A program made the position numbers and the translations under genes. Source: an uncultured Rikenellaceae bacterium (lineage in GTDB: Bacteria > Bacteroidota > Bacteroidia > Bacteroidales > VadinHA17). From it: DNA of 64,000 nucleotides. This document shows positions 28,644 through 39,561 of this stretch, in pieces; position 1 is the stretch's first letter; each line of letters begins with the position of its first letter. Under the pieces are notes generated by a model. The model saw nothing but the letters and a program-made list of their open reading frames with translations. It was not told where the DNA came from and ran no database searches. The stretch covers positions 635-64,634 of the forward strand of contig CAYYIW010000018.1 of assembly GCA_964472085.1 (NCBI GenBank), given 5' to 3'.

Positions 28644-30029
28644 ATGTTTAAAAGCGAGGTATATAGCAGGAGGAGAGAAGCTCTCCACAACAGGATCGAA
28701 TCAGGCATCGGCCTTTTCATCGGTAATGTTGAATCATCGATTAACTATCCCGATAACACATATCATTTCAGGCAGGACAGTGATTTCCTCTACTTCTTTG
28801 GACTTGATATGCCGGGTTTTGTGGGTCTGATGGATTTTAATACAGGCGTTGACATGCTTTTTGGTAACGATTGTGATATGGATGATATAATATGGATGGG
28901 TCCGCAGCCTACGGTTAAAGAGCTTGCTCTACAGTGTGGCATACAGGAATCTGTCCCCCTGTCAGAACTGGAAGGCGTTATCAATGAAGCTTTATCTAAG
29001 AGAAGGAAGATTCATTTCCTGCCTCCTTACAGGGGAGAGACAAAAATGACCCTGGGAGCATTGCTTAAGGAAAACCCGTGCCAGATGAAGACGAGAGCTT
29101 CTGTTGAGCTTATAAAAGCTGTTATCTCCATGAGGTCTGTCAAGGAGCCCGGGGAAATTACTGAAATTGAGAAAGCACTCGGTGTGGCATATGATATGCA
29201 TGTTACAGCAATGAAGATGTGCAAAGAGGGTGTTACAGAGCAGGAGATATTCGGAACTATAGAAGGGATATCCCTGGCTAAAGGTGGCGGGACATCCTTC
29301 CCTATAATATTGAGCATCAACGGCCAGACATTGCATAATCATAAGCATGTGAACATACTCAAGAAAGGCAGGATGATGGTTACCGATGCCGGGGCAGAAT
29401 CCAACATGCATTATGCTGCCGATATTACAAGGACGACACCTGTTGGAGGGAAATTCAGCCAGTTACAAAAAGATATTTATGAAATTGTCCTGAGAGCCAA
29501 CACGGATACGATTGATGCCACGAAACCCGGTATGTCGAACCGCGATCTGCACTTCATGGCCTGCCGGATACTCGCCTCCGGTCTGAAAGACTTGGGCCTT
29601 ATGAAAGGTGATGTGGAAGAGGCTGTTGCTGCCGGTGCCCATGCACTGTTTATGCCCCACGGACTTGGTCATATGATGGGACTTGATGTACACGATATGG
29701 AAGGACTTGGTGAAGATTATGTAGGTTACAATGATAAGGTTAAGAGGAGCGACCAGTTCGGACTCGCATTCCTGCGATTCGCACTGCCTTATAAAGCCGG
29801 TCATGTATTTACAGTTGAACCCGGGTGCTATTTCATACCCGAACTTATTGAACAATGGAAAGGTGAAGGGAAATTCAAACAATTCATCAATTATGATAAG
29901 TTGCCCGGGTACATGTCTGTTGGTGGCGTCAGGATAGAGGACAATGTTCTGATCACGGACAAAGGTCATAAGTTGCTGGGCAAACCTATACCAAAGACTG
30001 TATCTGAGATAGAGTCCGTTTGTTCCTGA
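28644..30029 (+). CDS. pepP: Xaa-Pro aminopeptidase (M24B, aminopeptidase P family)
   Basis: M24 metal-ligand motifs: DAGAE...YAADITRT, HGLGHMMGLDVHD, VEPGCYF, GGVRIEDNVLIT. Confidence 0.9.
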   Translation: MFKSEVYSRRREALHNRIESGIGLFIGNVESSINYPDNTYHFRQDSDFLYFFGLDMPGFVGLMDFNTGVDMLFGNDCDMDDIIWMGPQPTVKELALQCGIQESVPLSELEGVINEALSKRRKIHFLPPYRGETKMTLGALLKENPCQMKTRASVELIKAVISMRSVKEPGEITEIEKALGVAYDMHVTAMKMCKEGVTEQEIFGTIEGISLAKGGGTSFPIILSINGQTLHNHKHVNILKKGRMMVTDAGAESNMHYAADITRTTPVGGKFSQLQKDIYEIVLRANTDTIDATKPGMSNRDLHFMACRILASGLKDLGLMKGDVEEAVAAGAHALFMPHGLGHMMGLDVHDMEGLGEDYVGYNDKVKRSDQFGLAFLRFALPYKAGHVFTVEPGCYFIPELIEQWKGEGKFKQFINYDKLPGYMSVGGVRIEDNVLITDKGHKLLGKPIPKTVSEIESVCS

Positions 30030-30049
30030 CCGGAAAATATAAAGGTCTC

Positions 30050-31405
30050 TTATTTTCTTGAAACACCCGGAAAGACTGCCAGGCTTTCATGTCCTTCATC
30101 ATCCACGGACTGAACGGCAAAAAAATAGTTATCCTTTGAATAGGGAAGGGTAACCTCATTGCCTTTTACGAAGATCTTCTTTTCCCATAAAGGCTTGTAT
30201 GTCTCTCTCATCAGGATATAATACCCTTCAGGTTTCTTCCCTTTTTGCGGGGTCTCCCACCTGATAGTTGTATTATTTGTCAATCCTGATATAATAATGT
30301 TGCAATTTGAAGGTTCATATGGGGCAAGGGCAAGGTTTGCTATCACGGCCAGGTTTACACAGGTGTTTTTCCTTACATACTCATAGTCGACGAATTCGGG
30401 AAGGTCGCCCTCCCGGATGCCATTAACCATGGCAGGCACCTTATGTGTATGATCATAGTTTTCGTTAAACTCGCATAATCTTACAGCAGTGAATCCCGAA
30501 CGTGAGAAAGGTGTCTGGTCGCCACCTCGGCCAAACCTGTCATTCCTGAAGATAAGGGTTACGCCAAGCTGATCGGCATAGCGTTCCCCTGTCTCCTTTA
30601 CATAGCGTGCCAGTTGTCGTGACCTGCTGTCGTTATCGCCAGCAGTATATTTTCTGAGAGCTTCTTCTCTTTTCGTCTCAACAGCAGGAATGCCTTCACT
30701 GAATACCCGTAACTTCATGTTATCACTCAGAAGGGTACCGCTTGAACGACTGTTGCCTATCATATCATTATTCAGCATGGCGATTATATTCCATTTCTCC
30801 TCTTTTGCCTTCATAGCCATATGCTGCGATCCGTATAAGCCCTGCTCTTCTCCGGAGACGGCCATCAGTACTATCGTTGCAGGGAATTTTTCTTTAGAGA
30901 GTATCCGGGTAAGCTCCAGTACAGCTGCCACACCCGATCCGTCATCATCTGCTCCCGGAGCACAGCTGGTACTGTCATTATCAACGGTAGCCCTGGAATC
31001 GAGATGGGCGCTGACAACAATTATCCTGTCATCAGCCGGATCAATTCCTTTAATTGTGGCCACTACATTCTTTAAATTTACCTTATGCGGGATTCTTTCT
31101 CCCTCTCCTCCCGCAGTATAGTCCTCAAAGGCAACAGATAGTCTTCCGCCTGAGGCAGGAATACTCTTTTCCATCTCCTTTTTGATCCAGTTCCAGGCTG
31201 CACCTATACCGCGTTCAGGATCGTTCTGCATACTAAGGTCATGACGAGTATAAAAATCAACCAGTGTCCTGACATCCTTTTCAATATTTTGACGTGATAC
31301 CTCATCTGTCATTCTCTTAATTTCCGGATCGCGTTTATCTATTACCTGTGCCCTGACCCGGATAATACAAAGCAGGAATAACAATGCTGTGAGATATTTC
31401 TTCAT
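30050..31405 (-). CDS. Secreted M28-family metallopeptidase with C-terminal FN3-like domain
   Basis: Signal peptide; SAHLDS, GADDDGSGVAAVLE and SGEEQGLYGS motifs. Confidence 0.85.
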   Translation of the reverse strand: MKKYLTALLFLLCIIRVRAQVIDKRDPEIKRMTDEVSRQNIEKDVRTLVDFYTRHDLSMQNDPERGIGAAWNWIKKEMEKSIPASGGRLSVAFEDYTAGGEGERIPHKVNLKNVVATIKGIDPADDRIIVVSAHLDSRATVDNDSTSCAPGADDDGSGVAAVLELTRILSKEKFPATIVLMAVSGEEQGLYGSQHMAMKAKEEKWNIIAMLNNDMIGNSRSSGTLLSDNMKLRVFSEGIPAVETKREEALRKYTAGDNDSRSRQLARYVKETGERYADQLGVTLIFRNDRFGRGGDQTPFSRSGFTAVRLCEFNENYDHTHKVPAMVNGIREGDLPEFVDYEYVRKNTCVNLAVIANLALAPYEPSNCNIIISGLTNNTTIRWETPQKGKKPEGYYILMRETYKPLWEKKIFVKGNEVTLPYSKDNYFFAVQSVDDEGHESLAVFPGVSRK

Positions 31406-31413
31406 ATAAAATA

Positions 31414-32148
31414 TCAGAATGCTTTATAAAATTCCCTGTTGAGACGTGCTATATTGGTAAGCTTTATCTCTTTCGGGCATTCAGCTTCGCAGGCTCCCGT
31501 GTTTGAACAGTTGCCAAAGCCAAGCTCGTCCATTTTTGCAACCATGGCCCTCACCCTGTCCTTGGCCTCGATCCGTCCCTGCGGCAGTAAAGCATATTGT
31601 GATACCTTGGCTGATACGAACAACATGGCTGATGCGTTCTTACAGGCTGCCACGCAGGCACCACAGCCGATGCAGATAGATGAATCGAATGCTTCATCAG
31701 CATTCTTTTTGGGTATAAGTATCGAATTGGCATCAGGAGCACCTCCGGTGTTAATATTAATATAACCTCCTGCAGCCTGTATTTTATCAAAGGCAGTCCT
31801 GTCAACAATAAGGTCTTTTATCACCGGGAAAGGTTTTGCACGCCATGGTTCCACCCACACTGTCTGACCATCCCTGAAATACCGCATGGAAAGATGACAG
31901 GTTGTAACTGCAGGAACAGGTCCGTGAGGGTGACCGTTAATGTACATACCGCAGGATCCGCATATTCCTTCACGGCAGTCGTGATCGAAAGCTATAGGTT
32001 CCTTATCCCGTTCAATCAGGCTTTTGTTGAGAGCATCAAGCATCTCAAGGAATGACATCTCCGGGGAGACGTTATCCATAGGGTAAGTAACAAATTCACC
32101 TTTTGATTTTGTATCTTTCTGGCGCCAAATCTTAAGTGTGAGCTTCAT
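31414..32148 (-). CDS. sdhB: Succinate dehydrogenase/fumarate reductase iron-sulfur subunit
   Basis: 2Fe-2S motif [11 protein letters not shown], plus [11 protein letters not shown] and [12 protein letters not shown]. Confidence 0.95.
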   Translation of the reverse strand: MKLTLKIWRQKDTKSKGEFVTYPMDNVSPEMSFLEMLDALNKSLIERDKEPIAFDHDCREGICGSCGMYINGHPHGPVPAVTTCHLSMRYFRDGQTVWVEPWRAKPFPVIKDLIVDRTAFDKIQAAGGYININTGGAPDANSILIPKKNADEAFDSSICIGCGACVAACKNASAMLFVSAKVSQYALLPQGRIEAKDRVRAMVAKMDELGFGNCSNTGACEAECPKEIKLTNIARLNREFYKAF

Positions 32149-32155
32149 GTGTGTT

Positions 32156-32203
32156 TTTGTTAAATTGTTATGTCGTTATATTGTTATTTTGTTATGTGGT
32201 TAA
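32156..32203 (-). repeat. Six in-phase tandem 8-nt units (plus strand tTGTTATn; mRNA strand nAUAACAa) just upstream of the sdhB start
   Basis: tttgttaa|attgttat|gtcgttat|attgttat|tttgttat|gtggttaa, with no phase slip, followed by cctttgtgcc..gcgcctctgtgcc (32205-32230). Confidence 0.8.
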
Positions 32204-32231
32204 TCCTTTGTGCCATTGCGCCTCTGTGCCT

Positions 32232-34151
32232 CTACTTGTAACTTCTGACTTTCAGTTCAACTTCTTCGAACTTCAGTTCTTCCTTGTGAAGGATATGAGG
32301 CTTTCCTTCGCCGGAATATTCCCATGCAGCAACATAGGCAAATTCCTTGTCGTTCCTTTTTGCCTCACCGTCGGGGGTCTGGTACTCCTCACGGAAATGC
32401 GCTCCGCATGATTCTCTCCGGTTAAGTGCATCGGTAACAAGTAATGCCGCAAGCTCAAAATAGTCGGCAACACGTCCTGCCTTTTCAAGTTCCATATTGA
32501 GTTCATTGGTTGTCCCGGGTATATTAAGGTCTTTCCAGAATTCTTCTTTCAGCTCATTTATCATGACCAGGGCTTCTTTCAGTCCTTTTTCATTCCGGAT
32601 CATCCCGCAGTGATCCCACATTATCTTTCCTAGGCGTTTATGGAATGAAGTGGCTGTCTGGGTTCCTTTTATTGACATCAGCTTTTTGATCCTGTCATCA
32701 ACTTCTTTCTCTGCTTCAGCAAACTCAGGGGCTTCTGTCGATATTTTCGGCGTCCTGATCTCGTCGGCCAGGTAGTTGTTGATAGTATTGGGCAATATAA
32801 AATAACCGTCTCCTGAGGTCTGCATCAGTGAACTTGCTCCCAGCCTGTTGGCCCCATGATCGGAAAAGTTTGATTCTCCTATGGAATAGAGACCGGGTAT
32901 TGTCGTCATCAGCTCATAATCGACCCAAAGTCCTCCCATGGTATAGTGACCGGCCGGGTAGATCCTCATCGGCTCTTCATACGGATTTGTACCGGTTATA
33001 GTGTGATACATCTCAAAGAGGTTACCATACCTGTCTTCAATAACTTTCTTACCAAGTTTCTTTATTGAATCCCTGAAGTCGAGGTTAACAGCGAGCCCGG
33101 TCTTTCCCACACCATAACCTGCATCGCATCTTTCCTTTGCTGCACGTGATGCAACATCCCTTGGTACCAGGTTCCCAAAAGCCGGGTAACGTCTTTCAAG
33201 GTAATAATCTCTTTCTTCTTCAGGAATCTCGTTGGGTGGCCTGGTATCACCTTTTTTCTTCGGCACCCATATACGGCCGTCATTACGCAAAGATTCAGAC
33301 ATAAGGGTCAGTTTTGACTGGAACTCATTAAGCTGTGGCACACAGGTCGGGTGTATCTGTACAAAGCTTGGATTAGCAAAGAAAGCACCTTTTTTGTGCG
33401 CCTTCCAGGCAGCGGATGCATTTGAGTTAACGGCAAGGGTAGAAAGGTAGTAGATCGTTCCATATCCTCCTGTTGCCAGTACAACAGCATGGGCTCCGTG
33501 ACGTTCGATCTCCCCTGTGAGCAGGTTCCGTGTAATGATACCCCTGGCTTTCCCGTCGATGATAACAAGTTCGAGCATCTCGCGTCTCGAATACATTGTT
33601 ACAGTACCTTTTTTTATCTGTCTGTTTAAGGATGAATAGACTCCGAGAAGACATTGCTGTCCTGTCTGGCCTTTTGAATAGAATGTCCTGGATACCTGAA
33701 CTCCTCCGAATGACCTCGTATCGAGGGTTCCTCCATAGTCCCTGGCAAAGGGAACACCAATCGCCGTAAAATGGTCAATGACCTCGTTACTTACTTCGGA
33801 AGCCCTGTATACATTTGCTTCGCGGGCCCTGAAATCACCTCCCTTGATCATATCATAAAAAAGGCGATATGCGCTGTCACTGTCGTTCCTGTAATTCTTG
33901 GCTGCATTAATTCCCCCCTGTGCTGCTACGGAATGGGCACGGCGCGGAGAATCCTGGTAACAAAAGACCTTTACATTGTACCCCAGCTCTCCCAGGGATG
34001 AAGCGGCTCCGGCCCCTGCTAACCCGGTACCTACAACGATTATCTCCAATTTCTTTTTGTTCGCCGGGTTGACAAGCTTTGAAGTTGCTTTATAGTTGGT
34101 CCATTTCTTTGCAAGAGGACCAGCGGGTATCTTTGATTCTAATTTTCCCAT
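32232..34151 (-). CDS. sdhA: Succinate dehydrogenase/fumarate reductase flavoprotein subunit
   Basis: FAD motif [27 protein letters not shown], and [10 protein letters not shown] across the full length. Confidence 0.95.
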   Translation of the reverse strand: MGKLESKIPAGPLAKKWTNYKATSKLVNPANKKKLEIIVVGTGLAGAGAASSLGELGYNVKVFCYQDSPRRAHSVAAQGGINAAKNYRNDSDSAYRLFYDMIKGGDFRAREANVYRASEVSNEVIDHFTAIGVPFARDYGGTLDTRSFGGVQVSRTFYSKGQTGQQCLLGVYSSLNRQIKKGTVTMYSRREMLELVIIDGKARGIITRNLLTGEIERHGAHAVVLATGGYGTIYYLSTLAVNSNASAAWKAHKKGAFFANPSFVQIHPTCVPQLNEFQSKLTLMSESLRNDGRIWVPKKKGDTRPPNEIPEEERDYYLERRYPAFGNLVPRDVASRAAKERCDAGYGVGKTGLAVNLDFRDSIKKLGKKVIEDRYGNLFEMYHTITGTNPYEEPMRIYPAGHYTMGGLWVDYELMTTIPGLYSIGESNFSDHGANRLGASSLMQTSGDGYFILPNTINNYLADEIRTPKISTEAPEFAEAEKEVDDRIKKLMSIKGTQTATSFHKRLGKIMWDHCGMIRNEKGLKEALVMINELKEEFWKDLNIPGTTNELNMELEKAGRVADYFELAALLVTDALNRRESCGAHFREEYQTPDGEAKRNDKEFAYVAAWEYSGEGKPHILHKEELKFEEVELKVRSYK

Positions 34152-34171
34152 GATTTTCTTTCTTTATCGGA

Positions 34172-34816
34172 TTACCTGAATAGCCATAATGAAACTGCAA
34201 TGAGGGCAAAACCTGCCGGGAGTACCACAGCATAAATAATTGCAACGGTTCTGACAACCGGTGTCCATATCCTGTGATTGAGCCCAAGGGTCTGAAATGC
34301 CGAATAAAAGGCATGATAGAGATGAAAACCCAGCAGGACAAAGCAGGCCAGGTATATATAGTCATATGCAGGTATCTTAAACAATTGATGGGCAACTGAA
34401 TAAAAATCTTCAGCATTGCCCTGTACCAGTCCCAGTTTGATGAAATAGAAATTAAAGAAATGTATAACCAGGAAGGTTAATACTGTAGCACCTGTCCATA
34501 TCATGAACTTCGAGAAAAAAGATGTCTCTGCCTTGCTGCCGCTGGTATACCTTACCGGACGTGCAAGCCAGTTCTGTATCTGAAGATAAATACCCCAGAT
34601 AATATGGATGAGTATTGCAGCAAGCAACACTACCTCCACGATTTTGACAAGCGGAAATGTTGCCATGAAATGAGCCGCAGTATTGAAGGGTACAGGGTCA
34701 TCCTTTAACAACATAAGATTGATGTAAAGATGCACGGGTAAGAATGTTAGCAGAAACAATCCCGCCAGCGCCATGATAAATTTCTTGGAAACAGAGGAAT
34801 ATAAAACTTTGCTCAT
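34172..34816 (-). CDS. sdhC: Succinate dehydrogenase/fumarate reductase cytochrome b subunit (b558 family)
   Basis: 214 aa with five TM helices and conserved His residues. Located 20 nt upstream of sdhA. Confidence 0.85.
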   Translation of the reverse strand: MSKVLYSSVSKKFIMALAGLFLLTFLPVHLYINLMLLKDDPVPFNTAAHFMATFPLVKIVEVVLLAAILIHIIWGIYLQIQNWLARPVRYTSGSKAETSFFSKFMIWTGATVLTFLVIHFFNFYFIKLGLVQGNAEDFYSVAHQLFKIPAYDYIYLACFVLLGFHLYHAFYSAFQTLGLNHRIWTPVVRTVAIIYAVVLPAGFALIAVSLWLFR

Positions 34817-35007
34817 TGCGGTAGATATGTTAATAGTTTATCGTATTGTCAGGGATTAAAATTTTAAAACAGGTTTCAATTATACTCCTTTAATATTTCT
34901 TTTACAATTATCGCGTAATGCTAATTATCACAAAAGAACCGCAGGTGTCATCGGTTATAATTTAAATCAGGAATTGGCTAACTTTACAAAACTAATAAAT
35001 TAAGCTC

Positions 35008-35808
35008 ATGAATTCTATAAATAATGGCAAAAGAATATCCTGTACCGATTCATCCGGAGGTTATCCGGTTGTTCTTATTCACGGATATCTTGAGACATCT
35101 GAATCGTGGAATGGTTTTAAGGATAAGTTGGCTGGTGATTTCAGGGTTATAGCTGTTGACCTTCCCGGACATGGTTCCTCGGATTTAACTGGTGCGATAC
35201 AAACAATGGAAGATATGGCTTCTTCTGTGAAACTACTTCTCGACAGCCTGGGGATACAACGCTTTTTCCTTATTGGTCATTCACTTGGAGGATATGTTAC
35301 ACTAGCTTTTCTTGAGATGTTCGGCGATTCGCTTTCCGGTTACTGTCTTTTCCATTCACACCCTTTCCCCGATTCTGATGAGGCCATGGAAAAAAGGAAG
35401 AAGGAGATATCCCTGGCACGCGAAGGTAAAAAGGACCAGTTCTTTCCCGGGAATATAACACGCATGTTTGCTGACACCAACCTGGCAATATTCTCCACGG
35501 AAGCAGAGAAGGCAAAGGTTATTGCCTCAACTATCACTGCCGACGCTATAGTAGCGGTATTGAACGGGATGATGCTCCGTCCTTCCAGGCTGTCGGTCGT
35601 GGAAGAGGGTAAGGTGCCCTTTCTCTGGATTCTTGGTGCACTTGATAATTATATCCCATGTGACATTATGAAAACTAAAGTCAGGTTACCGGGTAATGCC
35701 TCCCTTGTGATCCTTGATAACTCAGGGCATATGGGATTCATTGAAGAGCAGGACAGATCTGTCAGTATTGTCAAGGATTTTATCAGGGCGCTTCCGGATT
35801 ACAAATGA
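35008..35808 (+). CDS. Alpha/beta-fold hydrolase
   Basis: VVLIHGY oxyanion region, nucleophile elbow GHSLGG, C-terminal GHMGF. Confidence 0.8.
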   Translation: MNSINNGKRISCTDSSGGYPVVLIHGYLETSESWNGFKDKLAGDFRVIAVDLPGHGSSDLTGAIQTMEDMASSVKLLLDSLGIQRFFLIGHSLGGYVTLAFLEMFGDSLSGYCLFHSHPFPDSDEAMEKRKKEISLAREGKKDQFFPGNITRMFADTNLAIFSTEAEKAKVIASTITADAIVAVLNGMMLRPSRLSVVEEGKVPFLWILGALDNYIPCDIMKTKVRLPGNASLVILDNSGHMGFIEEQDRSVSIVKDFIRALPDYK

Positions 35809-35818
35809 GGGTATCTCA

Positions 35819-37474
35819 TTATTGCCGGGTTGTTAGCCCATTTTCTTTTTCCTTCACTCCTTCAAGATATTTTATGGCATACTTAAGGGTAGTATCTATA
35901 TTCTGCCAGACAGGATAAAACCCCTTATTATCAAGTATGTTTCTTGAGATATAAGCTTCGAGCTGGGTGTTTATTATATTACCCGACACTTTTAATCCCT
36001 CGCGGTCCCTCTTCACACCGTTTGCAGCTGCATACTTTACAAATTGGTCAAGCAGAGCCTGTTTGTCAAGATACTTCTCCATTTCCCCTGCTTCAGTATA
36101 CTTTTTAAGAATGTCCCTGTTCTTTTCTGTGTAACGTAAAGCGAACCTGTAGATCAGCGATCTCACTCTCAGGAAATATGATGAGATACCTGATGTGTCA
36201 GCAGGAACAAACTTATCAGGCATTATGCCTCCGCCACCGTAGACAACCTTTCCCCCAGGTGTTGTGAATTTAAGTGAATCAGCAAAATGTATGCTGTCCG
36301 CATCTTCAAATTCACCATGACGATAGCGGTTATTGAGATCATTATAATATTTATCAAAACCATCGTTATAGGGCTTTTGTATTGACCTGCCTGTAGGTGT
36401 ATAATAGCGGGCTACCGTAAGTCTCAATCCCGAACCGTCAGAGAATGATATTGGTTCCTGAACCAGGCCCTTACCAAACGAGCGACGTCCTATTATAGTA
36501 CCACGGTCATTGTCCTGTAATGCTCCGGCAAGTATTTCACTGGCTGAGGCACTCCATTCATCTATCAGAACGACAAGATTCCCGGTTTCAAATTCACCGT
36601 CGCCGGTGGCACGTGCTTCGTTTCTCGGTTGTGTCCGGCCTTTTGTGTATACAATAAGTTGTCCTTTTTTAAGAAACTGGTTTGCAATCTGAATAGCTGC
36701 TTCCATTATACCTCCCGCATTGCCCCTGAGATCAAGTATAAGACTGGTCATCCCCTTGCTCTTCAGATCATGTAAAGCATTTATAAATTCATCAAAGGTT
36801 GTCATGGCAAAATTGTTGATCTTGATATATCCGATATAATCATTGATCATATAATCAACATCAACACTGTACATAGGTATCTTGTCGCGTGTTATTTCAA
36901 AAGGGATAAGTCCTTTGTGTCCCGGTCGCAGTACCTTTATATTGACAACAGTACCCCTGGGTCCTTTTAGCAATCCCATCACTTTATCATCGCTTATATG
37001 CTGACCTGCTACCAATGAGTCATTTACATATATTATTTTGTCTCCGGGAAGTATTCCAAGCTTTTCTGAAGGTCCGCCAGGTATTGTGCTTACGACTAAT
37101 ATTGTGTCAGTAAGCATGCTGAATGATATTCCTATTCCCTCAAAATTTCCCTGCAGTGGCTCATTGGCACGGGCCAGATCCTTTGCAGGTATATATACGG
37201 AATGAGGGTCCAGCTTTTTCAGGATAGCCGGGATTGCTGAATTTTCAAGAGAGGCTCTGCTGACCGAATCAACATAACTGGATTCTATAATGTTAATGAT
37301 CTTGTTCAGTTTGTCATTCCTCAGGCTCATGCCTGAGAATGATGATCCAGCATTTTCTGCCGGAAGAAACTTACCAATCAGTATGCCTGTTGCCAGTGCT
37401 ATACCCAGCACTATGGGAAGAAAAATACTCCTTTTTGTATTATCGTAATTCATAAATGTCTTTTTCCGGATCAA
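35819..37474 (-). CDS. S41-family C-terminal processing peptidase (PDZ-containing)
   Basis: PDZ segment (GGPSEKLGILPGDKII.VND), catalytic region LDLRGNAGG...ASASEI, and GKGLVQ. Confidence 0.9.
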   Translation of the reverse strand: MIRKKTFMNYDNTKRSIFLPIVLGIALATGILIGKFLPAENAGSSFSGMSLRNDKLNKIINIIESSYVDSVSRASLENSAIPAILKKLDPHSVYIPAKDLARANEPLQGNFEGIGISFSMLTDTILVVSTIPGGPSEKLGILPGDKIIYVNDSLVAGQHISDDKVMGLLKGPRGTVVNIKVLRPGHKGLIPFEITRDKIPMYSVDVDYMINDYIGYIKINNFAMTTFDEFINALHDLKSKGMTSLILDLRGNAGGIMEAAIQIANQFLKKGQLIVYTKGRTQPRNEARATGDGEFETGNLVVLIDEWSASASEILAGALQDNDRGTIIGRRSFGKGLVQEPISFSDGSGLRLTVARYYTPTGRSIQKPYNDGFDKYYNDLNNRYRHGEFEDADSIHFADSLKFTTPGGKVVYGGGGIMPDKFVPADTSGISSYFLRVRSLIYRFALRYTEKNRDILKKYTEAGEMEKYLDKQALLDQFVKYAAANGVKRDREGLKVSGNIINTQLEAYISRNILDNKGFYPVWQNIDTTLKYAIKYLEGVKEKENGLTTRQ

Positions 37475-37910
37475 TATATACTATTTCGATGGCTGCACGT
37501 TTTAACAGATCCAAACCGTCAGTCTTGTGATACTGGTTACAGAATACCACCCTTCTGATTCCCGACTGGATTATAAGCTTGGCGCATTCCATGCATGGCG
37601 ATGTTGTTACATATAATGTTGAGTTTTCACTCGAATTATTTGATTTGGCAACCTTTGTTATTGCATTGGCCTCAGCATGCAAAACATATGGTTTTGTAAT
37701 ATTATTCTCATCCTCGCAGATATTTTCAAATCCGGCGGGCGTTCCATTATACCCGTCGGAAATGATCATTTTACCTTTGACTATAAGGGCCCCGACTTTT
37801 CTGCGGACACAGTATGAATTCTCCGCCCATATAAGAGCCATCCTGAGATAGCGCTTGTCAAAGGCCACCTGCTTCTCACCGTATGGTCTCAGTATCTGGT
37901 TGTCGGACAT
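37440..37910 (-). CDS. Deoxycytidylate (dCMP) deaminase
   Basis: HAEANAI and PCMECAKLI zinc-ligand motifs. I prefer the start at MSDNQ (ATG complement at 37908-37910) over the ORF-track start at 37985. Confidence 0.85.
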   Translation of the reverse strand: MSDNQILRPYGEKQVAFDKRYLRMALIWAENSYCVRRKVGALIVKGKMIISDGYNGTPAGFENICEDENNITKPYVLHAEANAITKVAKSNNSSENSTLYVTTSPCMECAKLIIQSGIRRVVFCNQYHKTDGLDLLKRAAIEIVYIDPEKDIYELR

Positions 37911-38331
37911 TGTTAACCGGTATATTACTAATTTAAAAGGGTTCAAAGTTAATGAATTTAAAATTGTTTTTACCAAACCCTCCATGTAAACAAGCCGGAG
38001 TACACTTTATCAGATTCTTAAAACTATTGAGTTATCTGTTTTAAGTGTAATGAACTGGTTTTTTATTGTCAGTGCAGGCCAAAATTCCTCTTGGAGGCAG
38101 GTCTTAATCTTATTTTAATCTCACATTAATCTGATTTTAACGCAGTATAATGCTTCGTACAATAACTTTGTCATGTAATTATTATTAAAAAGTACTACGA
38201 GTAATAATGAGAAAAGCATTTTTAATATTAAGATTCTGTACTTCAGGTAAAAACGGAGACAGGATAAAATTGGAAAAAAATGGAAATAGAATAAAAGTAT
38301 TGGATATGTATTAATTTAAAAATTATTAGTC

Positions 38332-38892
38332 ATGAAAAAATTATTATTATTTATGGCGACACTGATGTTTACAATGGGTGCCGCATTCGCACAACCTCAG
38401 ATGACGGGGAAAAAAGAAATAAAAGAAACAAAAAAAGACATCCAAACCGACAGAGTTGCATTACGTAAGCTTGAAGGCAATGTTGTAAGCTACCAGGCAA
38501 AAAGCAATTTTAAGATGGATTTTAAAAACGCAACTGACGCTAAATGGAAAAGGGTTGATACCTACGATGTAGTGACTTTTAAAATGGCAGGTAAAGATCT
38601 GAAAGGCTACTATGACTACAATGGAAACCTGGTTGGTACAACACAGCGGGAAACATTCGCTGATATCCCGGCCAGCGCTCAAAAGAAAATCAAAGAAAAA
38701 TATCAGGGTTACAATATTGGGCCGGTTATATTTTTCAAAGACAACCAGGCAAACCAGACTGATATGATATTGTGGGCTACGCAGTTTGATGATGCAGATA
38801 ACTATTTTGTTGAAATGGATAAAGGTTCTGAGGCCATTATTCTAAAAGTTGATCCATACGGTATGGTATCATATTTTAAAAAGCTTTCGTAG
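38332..38892 (+). CDS. Secreted hypothetical protein (possibly PepSY-like)
   Basis: Clear signal peptide (MKKLLLFMATLMFTMGAAFAQ). The family assignment is a weak recollection. Confidence 0.5.
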   Translation: MKKLLLFMATLMFTMGAAFAQPQMTGKKEIKETKKDIQTDRVALRKLEGNVVSYQAKSNFKMDFKNATDAKWKRVDTYDVVTFKMAGKDLKGYYDYNGNLVGTTQRETFADIPASAQKKIKEKYQGYNIGPVIFFKDNQANQTDMILWATQFDDADNYFVEMDKGSEAIILKVDPYGMVSYFKKLS

Positions 38893-38915
38893 TACAAGAT
38901 TTTGGTTGAACAGAG

Positions 38916-38948
38916 ATGCGTCTCCTTTATTTGGGGACGCATTTTTTA
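38916..38948 (+). terminator. Rho-independent terminator
   Basis: atgcgtctcc / ggggacgcat stem (one mismatch), 7-nt loop, then a T-run (tttttt). Located 24 nt after the stop at 38892. Confidence 0.75.
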
Positions 38949-39075
38949 TGTAGCCCTGTAATAATTCAGATATATCCTGTTGGAAAAACCCCCGGAATAT
39001 TTATATTTGGATTACCGGAAAGACAACAACAAAAACATGTCATATTTTTCAGGTCTAATCTTTAATATTTATTTT

Positions 39076-39495
39076 ATGCTGAATCCCTCACTTTTTCACC
39101 CTATTCTAGTACATTTTCCTATAGCGCTGATATTGGTAGGATTTGTAGCAGATGTCGTTTCTCTCTTTGTAAAAAGTGAGAAATGTCTTTCCAAGACAGG
39201 TTTTTACCTTATGGTTCTCGGAGCTGTCTCTGCCCTGGCCGCCTGGTCGGCCGGACACTTATTTACTAATCCTCCAACAACCGGAGAGATGGCTAAAGTA
39301 TTCGAGAAACATGAGACCGCTGCAACAATAACTCTTATCCTGATTATTCTCGGGGCAGGATTCAGGGTTTGGCTGGTAATGAAGAAGAAGGAGGAAACAC
39401 AACTTAAATGGGTCGCTTTCGGGCTCTTCCTTCTTGCCGTTCTTTCCATAACGTATACAGGTTATATGGGGGGAACACTTGTCTATGGCTCCTGA
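39076..39495 (+). CDS. DUF2231-like integral membrane protein
   Basis: N-terminus HPILVHFPIALILVGFVADV is typical of DUF2231, with four TM helices. I prefer the ATG at 39076 over the upstream extension from 38980. Confidence 0.65.
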   Translation: MLNPSLFHPILVHFPIALILVGFVADVVSLFVKSEKCLSKTGFYLMVLGAVSALAAWSAGHLFTNPPTTGEMAKVFEKHETAATITLILIILGAGFRVWLVMKKKEETQLKWVAFGLFLLAVLSITYTGYMGGTLVYGS

Positions 39496-39561
39496 AATAC
39501 GGGCTGAAAAGGAAAGATTTTCTGAAAATCCCGGTAATATTACCGGGAGTGTATTTTCTTT

